Source: Podarcis tiliguerta
Taxonomy: Eukaryota
NCBI GenBank assembly: GCA_965153285.1
Contig: OZ229114.1
Direction: 5' to 3' (one strand)
Length of the DNA stretch: 64,000 nt
The translations under genes were made by a program, and so were the position numbers. Each line of letters starts with the position of its first letter. Position 1 is the first letter of the stretch. Under the pieces are notes generated by a model. The model saw only the letters and a program-made list of their open reading frames with translations. It was not told the DNA's origin and did not search any database. This document shows, one piece after another, positions 35,930 through 46,660 of this stretch.

Positions 35930-37884
35930 CCAGGAATGTTGATCCTTGGCTGGACTTCCAGTTTTCTATGTAGGAAAGAACGTTGGGAGGGACTTGGGAC
36001 ATTTATGTCCAACTAGTTCTGCAACAACTTTTTTTTTAACAAAAACAAACCAACAGTTTAATAGAAAATGAAAACTTGTTGTTATATAAATATAGGAAGA
36101 GTGTCCAAGCCAAGGTTCCCATGTTCTGTGCCATATTACCAGCAGAAGGATTCCAGCAGAAACTAGAGATAAGGAGCTCTGCTTTCTAGGAGAACTTTAG
36201 GACAATGGACGGTTGATGTGAGATGTTTACAATCAGGATTTGATTCTGTGGGAGAGACCCCAAAGCCCTGCAGTGTCTAGAAGTTGGTGGCTCCGAAAAT
36301 GCTTTTGATTTCAATGGGAAGTATGTACATGGTTGACCTTTACTTGATTCTTTGGGACACTGCAAACACACACTCTCAGGAGTTTTTGGAACCACACAAA
36401 GTCCTTTCTCTCAAATCGGTAAATTGTGCAAGCATGCACACGCATAGATTCATGTACGTGAGCAGGAATTATGTTTGATGTAAGTGTGCTTGTGTTGCAA
36501 AGCTGAAGAGGGTATGTGCTTCCTTTGGGCTTACGTATTACATGGCATTTGGAGTCTGCACCTCTTCGCTCTCTGTTAGGTTACTAACCTATTTTCATGG
36601 TGACCACTATTAAGGTGAGCATTGAAAATAATCAGAGAGGACAATTTTAAGCATATATTATGTAACGAACGAGCCGGAGCAGGCTTCTTCCACAGAAAGG
36701 GAGGAAGGAAGCATGTGACCGAAAATGCTTATTTCTAAATATGCCTCTTTCTCATATCGCAAACCCACCCCCCTTCCTCAAGGATGGTCCTAAGATGTAG
36801 CTGGTGTAGTAAGGCGGAAAAGTAGGGTATGGATTATATGTAAACTAAACAAAAATTAGGGGGCACATGGCAGTGGCAAGTTGCTACACTCAACATGTCT
36901 TTCCAGCTGACAAAAATTCCTAGGCAACGCAGCTCATTTGCTGAAACAATAAACAGTAAGGAAATAAAATTTCAAGTGGTTCCTCAAACTGTTAAAATAA
37001 TCTCAGCTGCTGCAGTATTCAAAGCTCCAGTAGCCTTTTTAGAAAAATGGGTATAGCTACATGCATGTTTGTTGAGACTCTGTTTCTACAGTACACACGA
37101 TCCAATTTAATAGTACTCTGGCAATTAACAGCCAAAATAAAAAAGAGGGATAACGCAGTGCCAAAAGAACAGGATCTTAGGGCCTTTTTCTGATGATCCC
37201 TTTATGCACATTTGCTATTCAGCTATTGTGCCCATAACTTCCTCAAGGTTGGGTTGCAGGGATATCTCTCAGCCCAACACTCAGAACTGCTATGTTACAT
37301 TACTGGCGGAAAACAAATCATCCTTCTGTTAGCACACACATTGCTACTGGGATGTCCTTGTAGTATGCAGTTGTGTATCACAGACAACATGTGCCTGTGA
37401 CATCACTCATGATGCATTACACAAATGCCTGTTTTGTGAACTTTATATTGGGTGGCTGTGTGCTCTTCAGGTTGCGTTGCCACCATGGTGGAGTGCTCAT
37501 CCTGTGCTACTTTAAAAAGGAATGTTTGGACTTCTTCACACATTGCTTTTTCAAAAAAGGTTGGCATTCCCTCACCTGACCATTTGCTCTTCAGTTTCAG
37601 GAGCACTGCTACTGCTGCTGCCTATAAAGATTTTTAGACACTTCAGAAAGATTAAAAAACAATACAGTCCCTGCCTATAGGGTACATTTGAAAAAGGGGA
37701 TGGGCATGAAACAGCAAATTAAGCACTTTGAGGCACCAATTCTTTCAGAATTTACACTAATGTTTCATGACCAAGTAGAGTGGCTATTAAGAGAGTGTTC
37801 TGGAAATGGAGAAGCCAGTTGAGAGTTTGCCATAGCCAAGCTGAAGAATGGCGTGGATATATTTTACTGGATTTTATTTGTCTA

Positions 37885-38129
37885 CAGTTATACCTCGGAT
37901 TTCGAACGCTGTGGGTTGTGTGTTTTCGGGTTATGGACCGCGCCGAACCCGGAAGTACTGAAACGGGTTACTTCCAGGTTTCAGCGCTCGCACATGCACA
38001 GAAGCACAAAATGACATCACACGCATGCACAGAAGTGCCGAATTGCGTCACGCGTGTGCACAGACACGGCGCTGCGGGTTGCGAACGTGCCTCCCGCACA
38101 GATCGCGTTCGCAATCCGAGGTATGACTG
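37885..38129. mobile_element. Tigger-type MITE (family B)
   Basis: TA flanks; imperfect TIR CAGTTATACCTCGGATTTCGAACGC / GCGTTCGCAATCCGAGGTATGACTG. Confidence 0.8.
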
Positions 38130-38135
38130 TATTTA

Positions 38136-38291
38136 CTGTATTTTTCTGTGTATAAGACGCCCCCTATTTTGGGGGACTCCAAATTAAGAAAACACCCCTC
38201 AGCACTACCCATGTAAAAGATAAGCCCCAATTTTAAGCCTAATTTTGTGGTAAAAAAAAAACACCCTAGTCTTATACACGAAAAAATACGG
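38136..38291. mobile_element. Short Tc2-type MITE
   Basis: TA flanks; TIR CTGTATTTTTCTGTGTATAAGAC / GTCTTATACACGAAAAAATACGG, related to the TIR of the 2683-4260 element. Confidence 0.8.
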
Positions 38292-38764
38292 TAATTTTCT
38301 TGCTGAGTTTGACCAGCCTTCCCCCACTCCCCACCCCACAGTTACAGTGCTGGAGCACTCCTACTGCACATTTTTAAAGAAGTTGTATATCCTTTAAAAA
38401 AGTGATATCCTTTCCCTGACAAGATGATTACCTGCATCCATTATACCTAAGGATGACATATTATGCTGTTGATGCTGGATCAGAGCTAATGCAAGCACAA
38501 TGGATAAAATCTGGTATGTTGTGTGTGTCTTTATTGTCTGGAAAACAGTTGTACACATTATGCTGAAGCTTAAATCAGGTGTTGTCAAGCCTAAATCAAG
38601 TATCCTTTCAGCAACAATTCCACTCTGTGGGTCCAGGGGCAGGAAGCCAGCCTAGAAAGATACCATTCATCTTATTTCAAGCAGATGAATGTAGGACTTG
38701 GTTATAACCGAAAAGGAATAATTAGCAAGTTTTGCTGGGAGGGTTTTGCTCTTTATTTGTGCCT

Positions 38765-38765
<1 letters not shown>

Positions 38766-38797
<32 letters not shown>
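38766..38797. repeat. (TG)n microsatellite
   Basis: Directly visible. Confidence 0.95.
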
Positions 38798-38800
<3 letters not shown>

Positions 38801-39656
38801 CTAGGCAACAGCTACCCACAGCACTGTTTAGCCGAAATGTTTGGCCTTCTTCACACGTTGCCTTTTCAAAAAAGCTTGGCACTGTCTTAAGATTCCCTCA
38901 CCTCAAAGGAACTGTCAGAATATGAAAGTAACAAACAGGTGACATCATCTAGGTCAGAGAACCAGGAGCAGCTTTCTGGTTGACTTCAGAGATCACAACT
39001 CACTGATAACAGCCCCTGCTCTGAATGCAGAAGGTCCAAGATTAAATCTCTGCCACCTCCAGTTAAAATAATCAGGTAACAGCTGATGGTGAGAAAAACT
39101 TCCACGAGACCCTGGACAGCCACTCCCAGCTGGAATATTGGTGTATGTCCAGAGTAGCCAGTGGTGTGCCATCCAGATGTGTTGGACTACAGCTGCCATC
39201 ATCCCTGGCCATGACGGCTGAGGGTTAGGGAAGCTGGAACATAGCAACATCTGGAGGGCAGCATGTAGGCTCCCTGTTTTAGACAGATAAAATACCGGTG
39301 GTCTTACATTGTTGCTGGTTAAGTGTATGCTTACTAGTACGGTAAAGTCACGCTTGCTGCTGTTTGTTGTGCCTGGTATGGGAGGAGCAGGGCAAACATT
39401 TCCTCAGACTGCTTCACACACACCACATATTTCCTACATGAGGGTTATATTGCCCAAAAGACCTACCTAGAAATGCTATTACTAAAACCACCTCTAACTG
39501 GCTTAGTCCCCTTCATACTGTTAACAGCATCCTTTGGAACATTCTCCTTCATTGCCCCCTCCTGGGCTTGGTAAGGAACACAACCATTTTATTTTTTAGT
39601 TTTAGCCTGGGTTGAACATACCAGATTAGTTAAACCTATCTATAAAATCATAGATC

Positions 39657-39657
<1 letters not shown>

Positions 39658-39703
<46 letters not shown>
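39658..39703. repeat. (CA)n microsatellite
   Basis: Directly visible. Confidence 0.95.
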
Positions 39704-39704
<1 letters not shown>

Positions 39705-41641
39705 GGTATATTCTTATTTAGGATGAACAAATTAAAAACTGCATTAATTCCAAGAAGCAAGCAATATGTAGTAGAAGGGAATATATAGATGGTGAAAGTG
39801 ATGGAGGGGAGGGGGACCTTTGCACAGGAGAGTGATGTCACATTGACATAAGTGGTCGAGAATGTCTCACTAGGAGTTGTGATTGCATAGGATGCTTGGG
39901 AATGGGATTCCTTCACTCATTCCTGCACCTTGTAGGCTGCATTATAAGCACATTCCAGACCCTGTAAAATGTTCTCCTCTCTAATCCCCTTTGAGACTTA
40001 CCTATGCTAGTGGCCAAAGCCACAATCTGAGGCAGTGAATCCCATAAATTAATCGTGCATTATGCAAAGTAGTAGTAAAAATCAGCCGTCATCTTTTATG
40101 TTTCGTTGCTTCAGTGTGTTTTTGCAAACAAAGCTGAACCTAACTTAGGTAAGTCTGGTCGCCAGGTAATGTGGACCTAGAGAGTTATGGCAACTGGAAC
40201 TGCATTTGTTCACTTATTTCAGCTAAGATGGGTGTTTGTCTACAGTGCTAACAAAAAATAACCCCTGAAGCAGAACCCCTGAGGTTATCAAAGTCACTCT
40301 GTCAATTTTATTGGGTGCTACTTTCAAAATTGCAAATATTCTTTGGATAATAAATAATAATTCCACCTCCCTATAAGAACTGCTATTGTCAATAGTAGCA
40401 ATTCATACAATATAAACATATCATTTATAGAGAATGATTTGAAATCCTTTGCAGTAACAAGAATTAGTTATATTTTGGGGGATTATTCACAGGCTAACAT
40501 GTAAGCAAAGACTGAGAAAGCACCAATGAAAATGGGGTAGAGCTTACTAGAGAAGTGCCACAGATCCACATGACAAGGTACTAATGGCTTTCCAAATGTC
40601 AATAAGCACCATTTTGTGAAATCCACAACAGCTGTTCATGAAGCCTAAACATAACAAGAATACATCTGACTTTCCGTTCCTTGTAGTTATGCTGAAAATG
40701 TGGAAGACTAATGTACAGATCACTTTTTAAGGCCAGGGCTTTCACCATAGCCCACTGGTCTGTGCAACTGTTGGCATGACAACGTCCCAAGCCAATATGG
40801 GTTGTGCATCTTCTCTGGTGTGAATGCAGTACTTTGTATTAAGGGAGTAATTGGGCTTCAGATTTTCTCAGCAAGGCCCAGATATTTCCCCTTGAACTCC
40901 TAAAATCCAGAGCCATAAATAATTGCCTGAACTGGTTTAATAGCTTTGAAAAAACAACAGCTGGGTCTTTGCTGTAGCACAAAGCTCTCAAGCTACAGAC
41001 AGCGTATCCATATCCTAAGGAATCTTCTTTCCGTTCTTCTGGGATCTTTCTCAGGGATCCAGCAATATCCACAGGGGCTCACAGTGGGTTGGAATATGCC
41101 AAAATGGTGCACACACTGAAGCTCTTCCCATAAAGTGACATGGCAGTGGAAGCATTCATCTGAAATCTGGAAGGAGTGAATCAAAATGCTTATATTTGTT
41201 CCATATTGCTAAACTGGGGGTCAGTAGCCCATAATGTGCTGAAGGCATCTTCTAGTTTCTGTTGCCCACAGGATTGTGGATTATATTAGCAGCTCCTTAG
41301 GTCTGGAAGGTGTTCGGAAGTGGGCATGTGTTTGTCTTGCATGGATAGTGTGGTATGTCTGAGAGAGAGAGAAATCAAGGTTACTGTACTCACTAATATC
41401 ACTGGCCAGCTCCAAGTTATGTATATTCCCAGCTCATTCCAGGTATTGGAAAACAGGTTAGAAATCTAATCTTGAGCAGCCTCATACTCAGCCTAATCCA
41501 GAGAGGCAACCTGGGCATCTCTGGCATTCATGGCAGTGACTCTTCGGTACAGCATTCCTGATCCCTGAGTAGCCAAAGTAGTTCCTCACAAGTCCGGACT
41601 TGCCCATTTGTTTGCAGCAAATCAAAGCACCCCTGTCCAGA

Positions 41642-41795
41642 TCAAAAGGTTTTCAGCTTCAGCACCCTGGATAGTGGTTCTTTTGCACTTGAATACATGA
41701 GGTAAGAGCCAGCTGCAGTGGTGAAAGCTTCCCAGTCCCTACAGCCAAACGTTGGAAGATGGTGAACAGCTACAAAGCCTTCATATCCTTGCCAT
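41642..41795 (-). CDS. TSPEAR: TSPEAR last coding exon (~12; EAR repeat)
   Basis: Minus strand: ctgtag acceptor; (R)[50 protein letters not shown] then TGA. Confidence 0.95.
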
Positions 41796-42754
41796 CTACA
41801 GTAGAGAGAGAAAAGAGTTACTCAATGGCTCATGATCACCAACCTCACAGGACCTGTTTTACCCCACTGCCTTCAAACAGCTTTCCCATTCAGAAAGAGG
41901 TTGTGAGGAAATGTGCTCCTTTAACACCAGTTCAAAGAGCCTACCTTATAGATAGCGGACACGCTCCTAACACCCAGTATAACTGTATCATACTTGAAGG
42001 GGCCACTGGCATTGTGCCGCAAGGCAGCACTTGAAAGCAAGTGTGGGAAACAATTTTCCGCCCAGGGGCCACAGTCCCTTCTGGGGGACGCATGCGAGTG
42101 GTCTAGCAGATGTGTGTCTCTTCCTTCGTACAGTGGGTCATATGTAGATTTACAAAGAAAGCACATCTCCCCAGCCACCATTCAGGTAAGCAAGAGGTAT
42201 TGCCACAATTCAATGACACGTCCTGGCCAGGAAAAAGCACTTGAGAAGTGTGTGGAGCACAGTCAGTGAGCTGGTGTGGCTTCGTGAGAGGAGGCATAGG
42301 CTGGGATGAAGGGGTGAGCTGGCCCCAAGAGTTAAGCAAAGAGGCCCAGAGGGCCATTTTTGGCCCCTAAGCCTAAAGCTCCTCACCTCTGGCTTTCAGA
42401 GGTGACTTCTGCATGTAGCCTATTGTACAAAGTTATGTGGCTTTCAGAGACTCACATGGTAGTGCTATTGACTTAGGAAGGGAAATGTACTGTGGGTACA
42501 AATTGGGGGTAATAGACTGAGCCGTGGTAGCCAGCAGGGCTACACAGGTGGGGCTGCATTGCCTTTTGACTTTCCTGCACCATGATTCACTGCCGGTTCC
42601 TGAGAGGAAGGGGAAGGGGCAGAAGGGAAGAAAAACAGTCCTAACAGTTGTATTAGGGAATGAATTGCATGTGCAGCACCCTCTGTGCACACCCACTCCT
42701 GACTGTATATCCCTCCTCTCCAGGACTGCACAATCAAGTCCAGAATCCAATACT

Positions 42755-43117
42755 AAGGTAAGGTAAGGGTACCCCTGCCCGTACGGGCCAGTCGTGTCCG
42801 ACTCTAGGGTTGTGCGCCCATCTCACTTAAGAGGCTGGGGGCCAGCGCTGTCCGCAGACACTTCCGGGTCACGTGGCCAGCGTGACAAGCTGCATCTGGC
42901 GAGCCAGCACAGCACACGGAAACGCCGTTTACCTTCCCGCTAGTAAGCGGTCCCTATTTATCTACTTGCACTTAGGGGTGCTTTCGAACTGCTAGGTGGG
43001 CAGGAGCTGGGACCGAAAGACGGGAGCTCACCCCACCGCGGGGATTTGAACCGCCGACCATGCAATCGGCAAGCCCTAGGCACTGAGATTTTACACACAG
43101 CGCCACCCGCGTCCCTC
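42755..43117 (-). mobile_element. Full-length Sauria SINE with 11-bp TSD
   Basis: Sauria core motifs; (ACCTT)n tail; TSD AATCCAATACT at 42744-42754 and 43118-43128; many CpGs retained, so probably young. Confidence 0.92.
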
Positions 43118-43267
43118 AATCCAATACTGGATGGCTGCTATTGCTTGACAGTTTTTGTTGGCTATTTGCAGTGTAGTAGCGCTGCAGAGAGCTTGCTGGG
43201 GAGACCATGCATTAAAAAGGGACTCAAAAATAACTTAAACAAGGTTTAATTACAAAAAACAATGGTA

Positions 43268-43560
43268 AGCGCCCATTGCTCTGCCCCAGCTCCTGCCAAC
43301 CTAGCAGTTCAAAAGCATACCAGTGCAAGTAGATAAATAGGTACCGCTGCGGCAGGAAGGTAAATGGCCTTTCCGTGTGCTCTGGCACTTGTCAAGGTCC
43401 TCTGTGCGCCAGTAGTAGTTTAGTCATGCTGGCCACATGACCTGGAAAACTGTCTGTGGACAAACACCGGCTCCCTCGGCCTGAAAGCAAGATGAGCGCT
43501 GCAACTCCATAGTCGCCTTTGACTGGACTTAACCGTACAGGAGTCCTTTACCTACCTTTT
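43268..43560 (+). mobile_element. 5'-truncated Sauria SINE
   Basis: cccagctcctgccaacctagcagttcaaaagca...gtgcaagtagataaataggtacc...catgctggccacatgacc...cctttacctaccttt tail. Confidence 0.88.
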
Positions 43561-43655
43561 TTACTAGTGCTTTTACTAGTTCCGCTTTCATTCACTATGA
43601 AAATAATCAAGTATGACTCAAGCTATGACACTGAGGGGGTTGTGCACCTACTTAC

Positions 43656-43757
43656 CTATAAATAATGCTGTTTACAGCAAAGGTCACACCATCAAATGAA
43701 TTTGCTACCACCAAAAAGTTATCTTCTCCAACTGAAAAGAACTCCCAATCCACAGCA
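43656..43757 (-). CDS. TSPEAR: TSPEAR exon ~11 (EAR)
   Basis: ctgcag acceptor; (S)[33 protein letters not shown](R); gtaagt donor. Confidence 0.95.
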
Positions 43758-44071
43758 CTGCAGCAGAAACCAACCAAACAAGAAGAGATTACAACAACGG
43801 GATAACTGCTTGGGAAAACATCCTCTTTCCATTTACTATTTAGAATACATTTTTTAAATCATTTCCCCAAATCAGACTATTTTAAGAGAAGTGAGCGTTT
43901 TCATCTTTCTATTATACATTTTGACCACCTAGATCAATTTAAGAACACATTTTGGACTGCAGTCTTACAATTTTTTTAAAAAAAGAATCAAAACATTCTG
44001 GCAGACCGAAACACATTCTATTATCAAATTGACACAAAGCTGGTGTTTTCAGTAATACATAAAGGAGGCAC

Positions 44072-44253
44072 CTGTAGGTAAGAATGTCTTGGAACTTGAC
44101 AAACATTTGTGCAGTGATGTTAAGCTCGTAGATGGAAGAATTGATGGCAAAGCTGTTGTTTGGGGCAACAATTGTACTGTCATAGCTGTTCGCCAGAGCG
44201 AGGAAGACCCTGTCTTGGATCTGGAAGACTTCCCAATCAGCAGCACCAAAAGT
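44072..44253 (-). CDS. TSPEAR: TSPEAR exon ~10 (EAR)
   Basis: gtctag acceptor; [60 protein letters not shown](S); gtgcct donor. Confidence 0.94.
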
Positions 44254-44409
44254 CTAGACCAAAAGAGAAGGCGTGAAGAAAAGCTTTGCAGAAAATGAGC
44301 AGCAACTGCAGAAGAATGCATCCAACACAATACATGGAGGAGAATAATCCAGACCTCAAGTTCCCCTCCGGGGAGCCATTCAGCATATGCACACCAGTTG
44401 CCATTAAAG

Positions 44410-44774
44410 CAGGGGTGGGGAACCTCAGGCTTGGGGGCCAAATTCAGCCCTGTAGGCCACTCTGTCTAGGCCTCAAGGTGCTATCTAGGCTGTTCATCCT
44501 CCCCAGGCCATGCCCCACTCTGGCCTTGCTCCATCCCATCCTTGAGAGTTTTTGCCTTGCTAGAATATGTCCTTGAATTGTGTCTGGATGGAGAGATGTA
44601 TGTAGAACATCTCATGTACATGGATTGAATGTAGCCTACTGCACAAAGGCAAGAACCACACTGTTGTCCCACCTACTTTTTGCCTGTGGCCACACCCACC
44701 ACTGGTATGTGGCCCCCAAAAGCTGACCCGTGAGTGAATGTAGCCCTTAGGCTGAAAAAGGTTCCCCATTCCTG
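44410..44774. mobile_element. hAT (Charlie-type) MITE
   Basis: TIR CAGGGGTGGGGAACCT / AGGTTCCCCATTCCTG; 8-bp TSD CATTAAAG / CATTAAGG. A related degenerate copy lies at ~61237-61678. Confidence 0.8.
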
Positions 44775-44832
44775 CATTAAGGGCTTCTATATACAGTAAG
44801 AATTTTATTATCACCACTGTCATAACCTTTTA

Positions 44833-45087
44833 GAGAGCCAGTGTGGTGTAGTGGTTGAGAGCAGTAGTCTTGTAATCTGGGGAACCGGGTTCGTGTCTCC
44901 GCTCCTCCACATGCAGCTGCTGGGTGACCTTGGGCCAGTCACACTTCTCTGAAGTCTCTCAGCCCCACTCACCTCACAGAGTGTTTGTTGTGGGGGAGGA
45001 AGGGAAAGGAGAATGTTAGCCGCTTTGAGACTCCTTAAAGGGAGTGAAAGGCGGGATATCAAATCCAAACTCTTCTTCTTCTTCTTT
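44833..45087 (+). mobile_element. tRNA-derived SINE (Squam3-like), copy 1
   Basis: A-box TGGTGTAGTGG, B-box GGTTCG, gctgggtgaccttgggccagtc core, (CTT)n tail; nearly identical to 61802-62058. Confidence 0.85.
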
Positions 45088-45284
45088 TAGGGGCAAGCAG
45101 TGCAGACATCATCCTTTCAGGCTGGACTTTGAACACTGATTTTGCCAGTAACTGAATGACAAACCACAATTGCTTGCATACCTGATTCTTCTCTCTCTTA
45201 ATAAAGGCTGAGGGTAGTGTGTGTAAGCCTGGGATGGGGAACTTGCTGCTTTCCAACTGGACTCCAACTGGACTCCTGTCAGCC

Positions 45285-45621
45285 CAGTGGCATAGCGTGG
45301 GTTGTCAGCACCCGGGGCAAGGCAAGTAATTTGCGCCCCCTAACCCGGGGCAAGGCAAGTAATTTGCGCCCCCCCCCCTGCTGCACTGTCCCTCCCCCAG
45401 ATAGTCCCTCGCTCTCTCTCCGCACCGCACGCCTGGCACCCTCCCCTCCACAGTGGGCAGTGACCCGGCGGCTCGGATCGGATTCGCACAGCCAGCACTG
45501 CAGTGAGAGAGAGTGAGTGAGCCAGGTAGGGGCAGAGAGCTGCGAGTGCGAGCGCCCCTCCCCCCCCGATGTTGCGCCCGGTGCGGCCGGCCCCCCCTGC
45601 ACCCCCCACGCTACGCCACTG
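45285..45621 (+). mobile_element. GC-rich hAT MITE (family C, copy 1)
   Basis: TIR CAGTGGCATAGCGTGGG / CCCACGCTACGCCACTG; TSD TGTCAGCC / TACCAGCC (6 of 8); internal 33-bp tandem duplication. Confidence 0.85.
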
Positions 45622-46482
45622 TACCAGCCCCAGCCATGAAGCTATGAAGAGCCAAAGGCTACTCATCCCTGGTGTAAGGTGATTGCAATACTGCCACAGG
45701 CACTCATTGCCCAGTTCCTGTGACCTCTGCTCATGAAAATAAAAGAAAACTCCAACCGCCAATCCATCCACCAAATGCCCAAGCCATTTTGGAAGCATTT
45801 TTTGCTTGTTTTTTCATTTTTGGGGTTTTTTTTTTTAAAGGGGAATGCTTTTCTTCTTTTCCATATTAGTGCTCATATAGCCTTTTAAAAAGGAAAATTC
45901 TACCAAAATTAAGATGGGCTACCCTCCTCCCCTGCCACTCTCATTCAAAAACCATTTCGTTTCTCCCCTGCAGCCTGGTGTACAAGAGGGTTTGAGTAGC
46001 CACGTAACTCTTGCAGAAGCAGACCTAGCAGCTAGTTAGCAATAAGAAGGAAGGTCTGGTGTGGGTCCCAATTTTAGAAAGCTGCCCAGATGTGTCAGCC
46101 TGTTCACTCACTTGGTTTTTACTCGGAAACCCCCTGGTGCTCACAATTATGAAGAATGCAAAACCACATTCCATTCTACTTCCTGCACAGCTGGGTTCCA
46201 TTGGAAATATTACTAGCAGAATGTCTGGCAATGCTTCTTCCTGCTCTCTTATTTCATGCATGACATTCCCTTGCACTGGGACATTATCTTAGTAGCAGCC
46301 CTACTAGGGACAAATGTATCTCAGTCCTCTGCTCTCAACTAGTAGCACAATTTCCAGAGCTGTGTTAAATGATGCATGCAAACCCACCCATTTTCTAACA
46401 TAGCTCACACGAAATAGAGTTGCCTTTGCTGAACAGCTACACTGATCTATGGGTGGTCTCAATGAGGCAATGGTCTTTAGTA

Positions 46483-46660
46483 GGCTGTAGCTCAGTGGTA
46501 GAGCATTTGCTCTGCCTGAAGAAAGTGTCTGGCTCAACCCCTGGCAGATTCAGGTAAGAATGGGAAAAACTTCCTCTCTGAAATCCTGGAATGCTGCTGC
46601 TAAAAGCATTGAGCTAAATGGACCAAAGGTCTGGCTCAGTATAGAGCAGTTTTCTAGGTA
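46483..46660 (+). mobile_element. tRNA-derived SINE (Squam2-like)
   Basis: Head ggctgtagctcagtggtagagcatttgc with A-box; tail tggaccaaaggtctggctcagtatagagcag. Confidence 0.65.
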
